DNA of 64,000 nt from Alistipes sp. (GTDB lineage Bacteria > Bacteroidota > Bacteroidia > Bacteroidales > Rikenellaceae). The position numbers and the translations under genes are program-made. Position 1 is the stretch's first letter, and each line of letters opens with the position of its first letter. Below are positions 1 to 8,933 of this stretch, piece after piece. Where the stretch lies: NCBI GenBank assembly GCA_045630065.1, contig JAZQSN010000079.1:7119-71118 (forward strand), given 5' to 3'. Under the pieces are notes generated by a model. That model was not told the DNA's origin. It made no database searches and was given only the letters and a program-made list of their open reading frames with translations.

Positions 1-57
1 TTTGCGCTGTTGTTCCTCATTGCTATTGTGGTTCTTTCACTCTTTAATCTTATTTAA
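1..57 (+). CDS. 3' end of an upstream membrane protein, probably the HyfB/NuoL-like subunit of the Ehr operon (partial)
   Basis: Frame 1 reads FALLFLIAIVVLSLFNLI* (hydrophobic helix) and stops 3 nt before the next ATG. Identity is inferred only from usual hyfB-hyfC gene order. Confidence 0.5.
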   Translation, partial: FALLFLIAIVVLSLFNLI

Positions 58-60
58 CGT

Positions 61-975
61 ATGGGAATTGCACTTAACACACTTTTAATGATAGTGGTGG
101 CCATTGCCATCCCCGGAGTGATTAACCGCACACGCGCAACGTTGGCTGGTCGCAAGGGTCTGCCCTTCACTCAGCACCTACGCAACGTTGGCCTATTGCT
201 TCGCAAGGGTTCGGTATACTCTACCACAACTACGGCTCTGTTCCGTATCGCACCCGCCGTTTATTTGGGTGCTGCCATCGTAGCTATGCTCTTTATGCCC
301 GTAGCCGACCTCTACCCCTTGATTTCGTTCGAGGGCGACGTTATCTGCTTCGCCTACACATTGGCACTGGCTCGCGTAGCCATCATCCTGGCCGCTATGG
401 ACACAGGTTCGTCGTTCGAGGGTATGGGAGCCGCTCGTGAGGCGCTCTATGGTGCTTTGATTGAGCCTGCGCTGATGATTGGTTTTGCTACGCTGGCTAT
501 GTTCTGCGGCTACACATCGTTTGCCGACATATTTGCCCACGAGCAGTCGTTCAACGTGCATCTTACGATTGTGATGTTCCTCATCGCATATCTCTTTATC
601 ACCATCGCCTTCGTGGAGTCGGGCCGTGTGCCTGTGGATGATCCCCGCACGCACCTCGAGCTTACGATGATTCACGAGGTGATGTGCCTCGACTATAGCG
701 GCGTGGATATGGGAATGATTCACATTGCGGGCTGGCTCAAGACCGCCTGCTTCTCGATGATTGCAGCCAACGCCATTGCTGCAACCTGCTGCTTCCACTG
801 GTGGTTTGCCGCTCCGTTGGCCATTCTACTCACCGGCATATCGATTGGTATTGTGGAGTCAACACAGGCCCGCAACAAACTCGTTCGCAACACTACTTTC
901 ATTGTAACCATCTCTGCTCTGGCGGCGTTGATTTTCTTCATCGGCTTCCTGTTGCAGGCCGATATTAATATCTAA
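61..975 (+). CDS. hyfC: Ehr/hydrogenase-4 membrane subunit, HyfC/HycD (NuoH-like)
   Basis: Polytopic protein with 'AMDTGSSFEGMGAAREA' and 'ESGRVPVDDPRTHLELTMIHEVMCLDYSG', typical of the HyfC/HycD/NuoH family. Confidence 0.88.
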   Translation: MGIALNTLLMIVVAIAIPGVINRTRATLAGRKGLPFTQHLRNVGLLLRKGSVYSTTTTALFRIAPAVYLGAAIVAMLFMPVADLYPLISFEGDVICFAYTLALARVAIILAAMDTGSSFEGMGAAREALYGALIEPALMIGFATLAMFCGYTSFADIFAHEQSFNVHLTIVMFLIAYLFITIAFVESGRVPVDDPRTHLELTMIHEVMCLDYSGVDMGMIHIAGWLKTACFSMIAANAIAATCCFHWWFAAPLAILLTGISIGIVESTQARNKLVRNTTFIVTISALAALIFFIGFLLQADINI

Positions 976-978
976 GCT

Positions 979-1608
979 ATGTTACTGTCGTTAATCATTC
1001 TATACATCATTTCGCTCATCTACATCTCGATGGTTGAGCGATTCCGCAACTATGCCACCATCATAGCCTTCCAGGGCTGGATCCTGCTTGGCATTGCACT
1101 GTTGCGCCTGCACTCGCTGAATTGGATGGAGCTCTCGTTTATCATCCTCGAGACGCTCATCTTCAAGGCCGTTATCGTGCCCGCCATCCTGATGCGAGTA
1201 ATCCGTCGAACCAAAATCAACCGCATAAACACCTCGGGACGTTCGCAGTTCAACTCGCTCAGCCTCTCGTTTGCGGCTCTGGTAGCCAGCGCAGTCACCA
1301 CATATTATGTGGCTGACTCGTCGGTGCATATGATATTCTTCGGTGTGGCATTGTACGCCCTGCTGAGCGGATTGATTCTCATCGTGCTGCGCTCGCGTAT
1401 CTTCACCCATATGGTGGGATTTCTCGTAATTGAGAATGGTGTGTTCCTCTTCTCGATGGCTATCGGTGTTGAGATGCCCATCTTGATTAATGCGGCCATT
1501 ATGCTCGATATCTTGATGTCGGTGCTTATGCTGGGTATGTTTATGACCAAGGTCGGCAGCCAGATACACACCGATAATAGTGATTCGCTAACCTACGTAA
1601 AGGACTAA
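979..1608 (+). CDS. hyfE: Ehr/hydrogenase-4 membrane subunit, HyfE-like
   Basis: 209-aa hydrophobic protein with 'FKAVIVPAIL' and 'GFLVIENGVFL'; lies between hyfC- and hyfF-like genes. Confidence 0.82.
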   Translation: MLLSLIILYIISLIYISMVERFRNYATIIAFQGWILLGIALLRLHSLNWMELSFIILETLIFKAVIVPAILMRVIRRTKINRINTSGRSQFNSLSLSFAALVASAVTTYYVADSSVHMIFFGVALYALLSGLILIVLRSRIFTHMVGFLVIENGVFLFSMAIGVEMPILINAAIMLDILMSVLMLGMFMTKVGSQIHTDNSDSLTYVKD

Positions 1609-1612
1609 TGCT

Positions 1613-3016
1613 ATGATATATATATTCTTCGTAATATGGCTCGTTTTGGGAGCCGCAGTCTTTATCGCTCCGTCGCGTCGCATAGTTCATTTGCTCTGTG
1701 GCCTTTATATGGCCGTACACGCACTATTCGCAGCACTGATCACCTTTGGTGGCAACTATCAGACCACCTCGGGCGTATTCTTTACCTTCGACGAAGCGGG
1801 CACACTCTTCTATTTATTGTTGGGTGTTGTGGCAACGTTCGTACTGATTCACTCGCAGGAGTACCTCAAAGATGATAAGCTAAATAACTATCGTAAGTAT
1901 TTCGCACTGCTAATACTGCTCACGACCTCGATTACTGGTGTATATTTTGCCAACAACATCGCCGTGACGTGGATTCTGCTTGAGACTACCACTTTGTGTA
2001 GCGCCGGTATCTTGTATCACCGCCACTCGAAGCAGACACTTGAGGCTACGTGGAAGTATTTGTTCGTATGCTCAACGGGTATTGCCATTGCATATTTAGG
2101 TATTTTGTTGCTTTGCGCAGCGGCATCGAACTCGTCACTAAACTATCATGACCTGCAGCAACTTATCGTAAACGGCAATCCGTTGTACCTAAAGGCAGCC
2201 TTCCTGCTTATCCTTACGGGTTACAGCTGTAAGATGGAGATTTTCCCGCTCTACACCATCGGTGTGGATGCCAACTTCGCCGCGCCTGCACCTGCATCGG
2301 CATTGATATCAACGGGCTTGGTAAATGCTGGTTTCTTGGCCATCTTCCGTATCTACCGACTCTTTGTTCACACAGCGGTCTTCGAGTGGATACAGCACGT
2401 TATGCTCATCATCGGAGTATTGAGCCTCGGCGTTGGAGCCTTGTTTCTGCGACGTACAAACAACTACAAGCGTTTCCTTTCGTACTCTACCGTTGAGAAT
2501 ATGGGTATTGTTGCCATTGGCTTGGGAGTTGGCGGTATAGGCATTTGGGCCGCTATGTTCCACGTCGTGTGCCACACACTCATCAAGAGTAGCCTGTTCC
2601 TGCAGATTGCTGTCGTGCGTCAGATTTACAACGGCTATAGAATTAACCGCATTGGTGACTATATAAATATAAATAAGGTGGGAGCAATTGGCCTGCTTGC
2701 TGGTATGGTAGTAGTACTGGCATTTCCCCCTTCGCCACTCTTCATTTCGGAGTTGATGATTCTCAAGCAGACCATCTCCCAGACTGGCTGGTGGCTAATA
2801 GCACTCATTGTATTGCTGTTGTGTGTTGTGGTCTACTCTATATGCTTCCGCGTTATCAAACTATGCTATCAGCCTAACCAGGATGAGTTGCACCTATCGA
2901 ATATCAATCGTCGCCTGTCATACAGCGCCCTGTCGCTGCTCGTTGCGGCAATCGTTCTGGGATTGTGGCAACCCGAGTTTTTGAAGGAGCTTATTACCAA
3001 CATCGTAACATTCTAA
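1613..3016 (+). CDS. hyfF: Proton-conducting antiporter-like subunit, HyfF (NuoM/MrpD family)
   Basis: About 14 TM segments with 'WILLETTTL', 'LEATWKYLFVCSTGI', 'APAPASALIS', 'KRFLSYSTVENMG' and 'HTLIKSSLF'. Confidence 0.85.
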   Translation: MIYIFFVIWLVLGAAVFIAPSRRIVHLLCGLYMAVHALFAALITFGGNYQTTSGVFFTFDEAGTLFYLLLGVVATFVLIHSQEYLKDDKLNNYRKYFALLILLTTSITGVYFANNIAVTWILLETTTLCSAGILYHRHSKQTLEATWKYLFVCSTGIAIAYLGILLLCAAASNSSLNYHDLQQLIVNGNPLYLKAAFLLILTGYSCKMEIFPLYTIGVDANFAAPAPASALISTGLVNAGFLAIFRIYRLFVHTAVFEWIQHVMLIIGVLSLGVGALFLRRTNNYKRFLSYSTVENMGIVAIGLGVGGIGIWAAMFHVVCHTLIKSSLFLQIAVVRQIYNGYRINRIGDYININKVGAIGLLAGMVVVLAFPPSPLFISELMILKQTISQTGWWLIALIVLLLCVVVYSICFRVIKLCYQPNQDELHLSNINRRLSYSALSLLVAAIVLGLWQPEFLKELITNIVTF

Positions 3017-3020
3017 CCCT

Positions 3021-4532
3021 ATGATATATCACATAACAGATAATCGTGCCAGCGCATTAGCACTGAAGGATATACCCGAGGTGGACTATGCGGCCATATA
3101 TAACGACCTGAAGGAGCGCCTGTGTGACGAACACTACCACGTCGCACACTACTTCGCGACACCCGAATCGTCGCGTCTGAAGTTCTACATCATACTACTC
3201 GACGACAAAGAGCAACGTGTGATGCTCACATCGTTTGCTATGGAGTATTACGAGGAGGTAGCTCTGCCCTCGCTCACGGCAATTCACCCTGCCTTGCACG
3301 TCTTCGAGCGAGAGATCGCCGAATTGTACAACGTTGAGTTTGACTCTATGCCGTGGAACAAGCCTCTGCGCTTTCCCTTCAACCGTCGCAATCGCAACTC
3401 TACGATGGATAACTACCCCTTCTACTCTATCGATGGCGACTCATTGCACGAGGTGAACGTGGGTCCCATCCACGCTGGTATCATCGAGCCGGGAGCATTC
3501 CGATTCGTATGTAATGGCGAGAATGTGTTGCATCTGGAGATTGCGCTTGGCTATCAGCACCGAGGTGTAGAGCACGAATTCACATCTACCGACAACCTCT
3601 TGCGCCATACACTCCTTGCCGAGGGCATTGCCGGCGACAGCGCCGTATCGCACGCTACGGTATATGCAGCCAACATCGAGAAGTTGTGCGGCAAGAGTGC
3701 CGACACAAATCTTTGGATAGAGCGCACCATCGCACTTGAGTTAGAGCGTATGGCTATGCACATTGCCGACACAGGAGCCCTGTCGATGGATGTGGCTTAT
3801 CAGCTCGGACAGGTGGCCTCGGAGGCTCTGCGCACGATGACCATCAACACTACTCAGGCGTGGTGTGGCAACCGTTTTGGCAAGGGTCTTATTCGCCCCT
3901 GCGGCAGTAATAAGCCTCTCACGGCAGAGAAGGTAACTATGATACGCGAGAATGTAAGCGAGATTCGTCGCCGCTACAGCGAAGTTGTCGATGATATCAA
4001 ATCCTCTCCTACACTCCTCTCTCGTTTCGAGCAGTGCGGTATCGTCCCCAAGACCGAGATGCAGCGCATCGGAGGTGTAGGTATGGCAGCCCGCGCAAGT
4101 GGCGTGAAGCGAGATATTCGCTTGTCGCACCCCTATGCGGCATATGGCTCGCAGATTGAGCACAAGAGTATCATACAGAGCGATGGTGATGTGATGTCGC
4201 GACTGATGATGCGCTGCAGCGAGGTACTGCAGTCGGCCGACTATATCGAGCAGTTGCTCGCATCGTATAGCCCCACTGAGATTGCTCGTCCCAACTATGA
4301 GGCTGTACTTGCCCCCAAGTCGTTGGCCTTTACGCTACTGGAGGGTTGGCGTGGTGAGATATGCCACGTGGCAATCACCGACACAGAGGGTAAGATTGCA
4401 ACCTACAAGGTCAAGGACCCCAGCCTACACAACTGGTTGGCATTGGCCATTGCAGTGCGTAGCGAGGGTATTTCTGATTTCCCCATTTGCAACAAGAGTT
4501 TTAACCTGTCGTACTGCGGTCACGACCTTTAA
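3021..4532 (+). CDS. Ehr large subunit (HycE/HyfG-like NuoC-NuoD fusion) without NiFe-binding cysteines
   Basis: NuoC-like 'FEREIAELY' and NuoD-like 'VGPIHAGIIEPGAFRF' and 'EGWRGE'. The L1 site reads 'AEGIAGDSAVSH' (no CxxC) and the C-terminus is 'FPICNKSFNLSYCGHDL' instead of DPCxxC. Confidence 0.88.
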   Translation: MIYHITDNRASALALKDIPEVDYAAIYNDLKERLCDEHYHVAHYFATPESSRLKFYIILLDDKEQRVMLTSFAMEYYEEVALPSLTAIHPALHVFEREIAELYNVEFDSMPWNKPLRFPFNRRNRNSTMDNYPFYSIDGDSLHEVNVGPIHAGIIEPGAFRFVCNGENVLHLEIALGYQHRGVEHEFTSTDNLLRHTLLAEGIAGDSAVSHATVYAANIEKLCGKSADTNLWIERTIALELERMAMHIADTGALSMDVAYQLGQVASEALRTMTINTTQAWCGNRFGKGLIRPCGSNKPLTAEKVTMIRENVSEIRRRYSEVVDDIKSSPTLLSRFEQCGIVPKTEMQRIGGVGMAARASGVKRDIRLSHPYAAYGSQIEHKSIIQSDGDVMSRLMMRCSEVLQSADYIEQLLASYSPTEIARPNYEAVLAPKSLAFTLLEGWRGEICHVAITDTEGKIATYKVKDPSLHNWLALAIAVRSEGISDFPICNKSFNLSYCGHDL

Positions 4533-4544
4533 TCTTACAAGAGT

Positions 4545-5306
4545 ATGATATTCCCTAAAATAAAGGTATTGAAGAGCCACGGATGGCAGTATATACCCGA
4601 TTTGAACGCCGTAGAACTCACCGATGAGTTTCGTGGTCGCCCCAAATTGACCTCAACCGAGGATATGAGCGACGTGGAGGCTGCCGCCAAGATGTGCCCT
4701 ACAAAGGCTATCACCGTAGCACCCTTCTCACTCGATATGGGTCGTTGCCTATTCTGTGGCGAGTGCGCCATACGTGCACCGAAGAACATCCGCTTCACGA
4801 ACGACTACAAGATTGGTAGCACTTCTCGTGAGGCTCTGGTGGTAACACCCCAGTGCGAGGCTATTGACTTCCATCCCGAACTTGTCCGCGAAGAGATTCC
4901 CGCTCTTTTTGGTCGTGCGCTCAAACTTCGTCAGGTGTCGGCCGGAGGTGATGCTTCGGTAGAGATGGAGCTCAATGCTACGGGTAACGTAAACTTCGAC
5001 TTTGGCCGTTACGGTGTTGAGTTCGTCGCCTCACCCCGCCACGCCGATGGTGTGGTAATCACAGGCCCGATTTCAGTCAATATGGCCGAGGCATTGGATA
5101 TATGCTACAACTCTGTACCCGATCCCAAGTTAGTCATCGTATGTGGCTCGGAGGCCTGCTCGGGAGGATTGTTTGCCGATAGTAAGGCTGTAGATCGCCG
5201 TTTTATGGAGCGCTACAATGTCGACTTGTGGCTTCCCGGTGCCCCTACACACCCGATGACATTCATCGACGGAGTGATGAATATGCTTAAACTTAAAACC
5301 CGCTAA
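4545..5306 (+). CDS. Ehr small subunit: ferredoxin-like (HyfH/NuoI) domain fused to a HyfI/NuoB-like domain with degenerate cluster ligands
   Basis: N-terminal 'MCPTKAI...RCLFCGEC'; C-terminal NuoB-family 'FVASPRHADGVVITGP' and 'PDPKLVI'. Canonical ligand positions read GGDASVE, GSEA and PGAP. Confidence 0.85.
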   Translation: MIFPKIKVLKSHGWQYIPDLNAVELTDEFRGRPKLTSTEDMSDVEAAAKMCPTKAITVAPFSLDMGRCLFCGECAIRAPKNIRFTNDYKIGSTSREALVVTPQCEAIDFHPELVREEIPALFGRALKLRQVSAGGDASVEMELNATGNVNFDFGRYGVEFVASPRHADGVVITGPISVNMAEALDICYNSVPDPKLVIVCGSEACSGGLFADSKAVDRRFMERYNVDLWLPGAPTHPMTFIDGVMNMLKLKTR

Positions 5307-5317
5307 ATAGAACTACA

Positions 5318-6724
5318 ATGGAGACTCTGCAACATCTGATTGATGTAGCCAACAACTTGTTATGGACCTACATAATGGTTGCTGCACTGATTGCTTGCGC
5401 CATTTATTTCACAATTCGTAGCCGCTTCGTGCAGTTCCGTATGCTCGGTGAAATGATTCGCCAGCTGGCTAACTCCAACGAGCACCAACACTCGCAGGGC
5501 GAGAAGCATATATCTCCATTCCAAGCCTTTGCCATATCGTTGGCAAGTCGTGTGGGTACTGGTAATCTGGCAGGTGTAGCGTCAGCCATCGCCGTTGGTG
5601 GCCCAGGAGCCGTATTCTGGATGTGGATCATAGCTCTCATCGGTTCGGCTAACGCCTTCATTGAGAGCACATTGGCACAGCTCTATAAGCGTCGTGCAAA
5701 CGACTCGTTCATCGGAGGTCCCGCCTACTACATCCTTCACGGATTGAAGTGCCGATGGATGGCCATACTGTTCAGCGTGCTGACCATTCTCACTTTTGGT
5801 TTTGCCTTTAATACTGTGCAGAGCAACACCCTGTGTGAGGCTGTCGAGAATGCCTTTGGCATCGACCACACATATATCGGTATTGCCATCACATTGGCTA
5901 CATTGGCAATTATCTTCGGTGGTATTCAGCGCATCGCAAAGTTTAGTTCAGTGATTGTGCCTATTATGGCATTGGGATATATCCTGCTGGCTTTGGTCAT
6001 CGTGGCTATTAACATTACGCAGTTGCCAGCCGTACTCGAGCTTATCGTAAAGGACGCCTTTGGCGTTGAGCAAATCGTGGGTGGTGGTATAGGCGCTACA
6101 CTTATGCAGGGTATCAAACGAGGATTATTCAGCAACGAGGCCGGTATGGGTTCTGCGCCTAATGTGGCGGCTACAGCATCGACCTCGCACCCCGTAAAGC
6201 AGGGACTTATCCAGAGCCTGGGTGTATTTACCGACACACTTATAATATGCTCATGCACGGCGTTCATCATCCTTATTAGCGGCGTTTCGCTCGGTGGTGA
6301 TTTGGATGGTATTCGACTGACACAGGAGGCTCTAACCACGCAGATAGGCAACAGCGGCCGCACCTTCGTAGCCATAGCCATCTTCTTCTTTGCCTTTAGC
6401 TCGATTATTGGTAACTACTACTATGGCGAGGCCAACATCAAGTTTATCACCTCATCCAGCAAAGCGCTCAACATTTATCGTCTGCTGGTATGCGTGATGG
6501 TAATGAGTGGAGCTATGATGAGCCTTAAAACAGTGTGGAGTCTGGCCGACCTAACGATGGGATTGATGACTTTGTGTAACATTGCAGCCATCGTACTGTT
6601 GGGACGTCAGGTATTTGTACTGCTCAACGACTACACCAAGCAGAAGAGTAAGGGTCTGGACCCCGTATTCAAGAAGAGCGAGGTTAAGGAGTTTGCCGAC
6701 AACGACGCCATCGATTGCTGGTAG
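5318..6724 (+). CDS. Alanine/glycine:cation symporter (AGCS family)
   Basis: 'LASRVGTGNLAGVA', 'GGPGAVFWMW', 'GGPAYY' and 'KRGLFSNEAGMGSAP' motifs. Confidence 0.93.
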   Translation: METLQHLIDVANNLLWTYIMVAALIACAIYFTIRSRFVQFRMLGEMIRQLANSNEHQHSQGEKHISPFQAFAISLASRVGTGNLAGVASAIAVGGPGAVFWMWIIALIGSANAFIESTLAQLYKRRANDSFIGGPAYYILHGLKCRWMAILFSVLTILTFGFAFNTVQSNTLCEAVENAFGIDHTYIGIAITLATLAIIFGGIQRIAKFSSVIVPIMALGYILLALVIVAINITQLPAVLELIVKDAFGVEQIVGGGIGATLMQGIKRGLFSNEAGMGSAPNVAATASTSHPVKQGLIQSLGVFTDTLIICSCTAFIILISGVSLGGDLDGIRLTQEALTTQIGNSGRTFVAIAIFFFAFSSIIGNYYYGEANIKFITSSSKALNIYRLLVCVMVMSGAMMSLKTVWSLADLTMGLMTLCNIAAIVLLGRQVFVLLNDYTKQKSKGLDPVFKKSEVKEFADNDAIDCW

Positions 6725-6786
6725 TAGACCTTGGCACGCAATAATTAGCCCTATTATTACGTTATATACACAAAATAGATGTTATT

Positions 6787-7185
6787 ATGAAAAAGAGTAT
6801 ATTTATCATTGCAGCCCTTCTGGTAGCCATCACAGCATCGGCACAGGAGCGCAACGTGGCCACTGCCGAGCAGCGTGCTCATACCATTGCTGACCAGATG
6901 CGTCGCACGTTGGCTTTGGACGACGATCAATATAGCAAGATATACAAGGCATACCTAAAGCAGGCACGTCGCGATGATAAGCGTGCCTCACAGGCTATGG
7001 CCGATAATGCTGCAACCGAGCAGAAGGTAAAACAGGTTTTGTCTCCCGAGCAGGCAAAGCGCTGGGAGCAGCATAAGAACAACGACGTGTTCGACCCCCT
7101 TAATGGTAATTTTGGTAAGGAGAGAATCCGAATTCGCCAGAAGGGTGACCCCCGACACAATAGAAATATGTATATCGAGCGTTAG
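6787..7185 (+). CDS. Secreted helical protein, DUF4890/Spy-CpxP-like
   Basis: Signal peptide ending ASA-Q; two LTxxQ-like motifs ('LDDDQ', 'LSPEQ'). Confidence 0.6.
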   Translation: MKKSIFIIAALLVAITASAQERNVATAEQRAHTIADQMRRTLALDDDQYSKIYKAYLKQARRDDKRASQAMADNAATEQKVKQVLSPEQAKRWEQHKNNDVFDPLNGNFGKERIRIRQKGDPRHNRNMYIER

Positions 7186-7211
7186 CGAGTGAGTCGCACA
7201 ACTACTCCAGC

Positions 7212-7260
7212 AAGAATAAACAGAGGGTGTCCAACGAATGTTGAACACCCTCTATTCTTT
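7212..7260. terminator. Probable bidirectional intrinsic terminator
   Basis: Inverted repeat agagggtgt.caac/gttg.acaccctct with A/T-rich flanks between convergent genes. Confidence 0.75.
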
Positions 7261-7275
7261 AACATTTTATCGCGA

Positions 7276-7443
7276 TTACTCGGCAGAGATAGCCTCGCTG
7301 GGGCAAACGCCAGCGCAAGTACCGCAGTCGATACACTTATCAGGATCAATTACATAGATATCACCAGCTGAGATAGCCTCAACGGGGCACTCATCAATAC
7401 AAGTACCGCATGCAACGCATGCATCTGAAATTTTGTAAGCCAT
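7276..7443 (-). CDS. 2[4Fe-4S] ferredoxin, 55 aa (not in ORF track)
   Basis: MAYKISDACVACGTCIDECPVEAISAGDIYVIDPDKCIDCGTCAGVCPSEAISAE*, with two CxxCxxCxxxCP motifs. Confidence 0.95.
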   Translation of the reverse strand: MAYKISDACVACGTCIDECPVEAISAGDIYVIDPDKCIDCGTCAGVCPSEAISAE

Positions 7444-7484
7444 AGTTTTGTTTGTTTTATGTGTTTGTTAATAAAGTTCTAATG

Positions 7485-7492
7485 CAAATATA
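7485..7492 (-). promoter_or_regulatory. Bacteroidota -7 promoter element for the ferredoxin
   Basis: TATATTTG on the minus strand matches TAnnTTTG, about 40 nt upstream of the ATG. Confidence 0.6.
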
Positions 7493-7497
7493 ATACA

Positions 7498-8769
7498 TTA
7501 TTTGATAAAATCAAAGCCTGTGTAAGGAATAAGTACCTCGGGAATACGGATACCATCCTCGGTCTGATTATTCTCCAACAATGCAGCCACGATACGAGGC
7601 AGAGCCAACGACGAGCCGTTTAGTGTGTGAGCAAGCTGCGTCTTCTTGTTGTCGTCACGATATCGCAACTTCAAACGATTGGCCTGGAATGACTCGAAGT
7701 TTGATACTGACGACACCTCCAACCAGCGCTTCTGTGCCTCTGAGTATACCTCGAAATCGTAAGTAAGGGCCGATGTGAACGACATATCGCCACCACACAG
7801 ACGAAGGATACGGTAAGGCAAACCGAGCGAAGCTACAATCTTCTCAACGTGTGCAACCATGCCATCCAAAGCCTCGTATGAATTCTCAGGCAGAGCCAAC
7901 TGAACGATCTCAACCTTGTCGAACTGGTGCAAGCGGTTCAAACCACGCACATCCTTGCCATATGAACCAGCCTCACGACGGAAGCAGGGAGTATATGCTG
8001 TCATCTTAATGGGGAACTCGCTCTTGTCGAGAATAACATCGCGGAAGATATTGGTTACGGGAACCTCAGCAGTGGGAACAAGGTAGAAATTATCAGCCGT
8101 AGCGTGGTACATCTGACCCTCCTTATCAGGCAACTGACCTGTACCGAAACCTGATGCCTCATTAACCATCACAGGTACCTCTACCTCCTGATAACCAGCC
8201 TCGGTGTTGCAGTCGAGGAAGTAGTTAATCAATGCACGCTGCAAACGTGCGCCCTTGCCCTTATATACGGGGAAGCCTGCGCCGGTGAGTTTTACACCCA
8301 AGTCGAAATCGATGATATCATACTTGCTTGCAAGCTCCCAGTGAGGCAGGGGATTCTCGGGCAGCGTAGAGTAGTTCTCAACCAACTTTACTACCACGTT
8401 ATCCTCGGCAGTGCGACCCTCAGGTACGATCTCTGAGGGGAAGTTGGGGAGCAATACGATCTGCGCCTGCAACTCATCCTGAGCCTTCTGGTGCTCAACA
8501 GCAAGTTCAGCTGAGCGAGCCTTGAGTGCGGCTACCTCCTGCTTCTTTGCCTCGGCCTCCTCCTTTTTACCCTGACCAATGAGCATACCAATCTGCTTGG
8601 CTGCAGCATTCTGCTGAGCAAGGCAGTTATCCAACTCGGCCTGAATAGCCTTGCGGCGATCGTCGGCCTCTTCTATCTTTGCGATGATAGGGGCTGCATC
8701 AACGCCCTTCTTTGCCAGGCGGGCAATAGCAGCCTGCTTATCGTCTCTGATTTGCTTAAGTGTGAGCAT
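7498..8769 (-). CDS. serS: Seryl-tRNA synthetase
   Basis: Class II motifs 'FRREAGSYGKDVRGLNRLHQFDKVE' and 'HTLNGSSLALPR'; N-terminal coiled coil. Start placed at MLTLKQIR, downstream of the promoter. Confidence 0.97.
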   Translation of the reverse strand: MLTLKQIRDDKQAAIARLAKKGVDAAPIIAKIEEADDRRKAIQAELDNCLAQQNAAAKQIGMLIGQGKKEEAEAKKQEVAALKARSAELAVEHQKAQDELQAQIVLLPNFPSEIVPEGRTAEDNVVVKLVENYSTLPENPLPHWELASKYDIIDFDLGVKLTGAGFPVYKGKGARLQRALINYFLDCNTEAGYQEVEVPVMVNEASGFGTGQLPDKEGQMYHATADNFYLVPTAEVPVTNIFRDVILDKSEFPIKMTAYTPCFRREAGSYGKDVRGLNRLHQFDKVEIVQLALPENSYEALDGMVAHVEKIVASLGLPYRILRLCGGDMSFTSALTYDFEVYSEAQKRWLEVSSVSNFESFQANRLKLRYRDDNKKTQLAHTLNGSSLALPRIVAALLENNQTEDGIRIPEVLIPYTGFDFIK

Positions 8770-8804
8770 ATGTTTTTCTGCTTTTGTTGTTTTTGTATAA
8801 TGTG

Positions 8805-8812
8805 CAAAGTTA
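8805..8812 (-). promoter_or_regulatory. -7 promoter element for serS
   Basis: TAACTTTG on the minus strand. Confidence 0.6.
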
Positions 8813-8906
8813 AGAAAAATCTTCATTCATTATTCTATCTTCTGCGCTTTTTTGCCACTATACGATAAAAAGAGCCTTCAAAAGAGGTATTTTGCACATT
8901 CTTTAC

Positions 8907-8914
8907 TAATTTTG
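8907..8914 (+). promoter_or_regulatory. -7 promoter element for the U32 operon
   Basis: TAATTTTG about 20 nt upstream of ATG 8934. Confidence 0.5.
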
Positions 8915-8933
8915 CACAAATTTAGTGAACCAT

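Noticed and set aside
3021-4532. Call as a [NiFe]-hydrogenase or formate hydrogenlyase large subunit
   Set aside because: Both CxxC nickel-binding motifs are absent and there are no maturation genes in the window.
6731-6750. TGGCACG as a sigma54 promoter for the Spy/DUF4890-like gene
   Set aside because: The -24 box is perfect but the GC falls 3 nt too far downstream, and sigma54 spacing is strict.
7189-7371. 60-aa + strand ORF in the track
   Set aside because: It spans the terminator and is antisense to the real ferredoxin gene.
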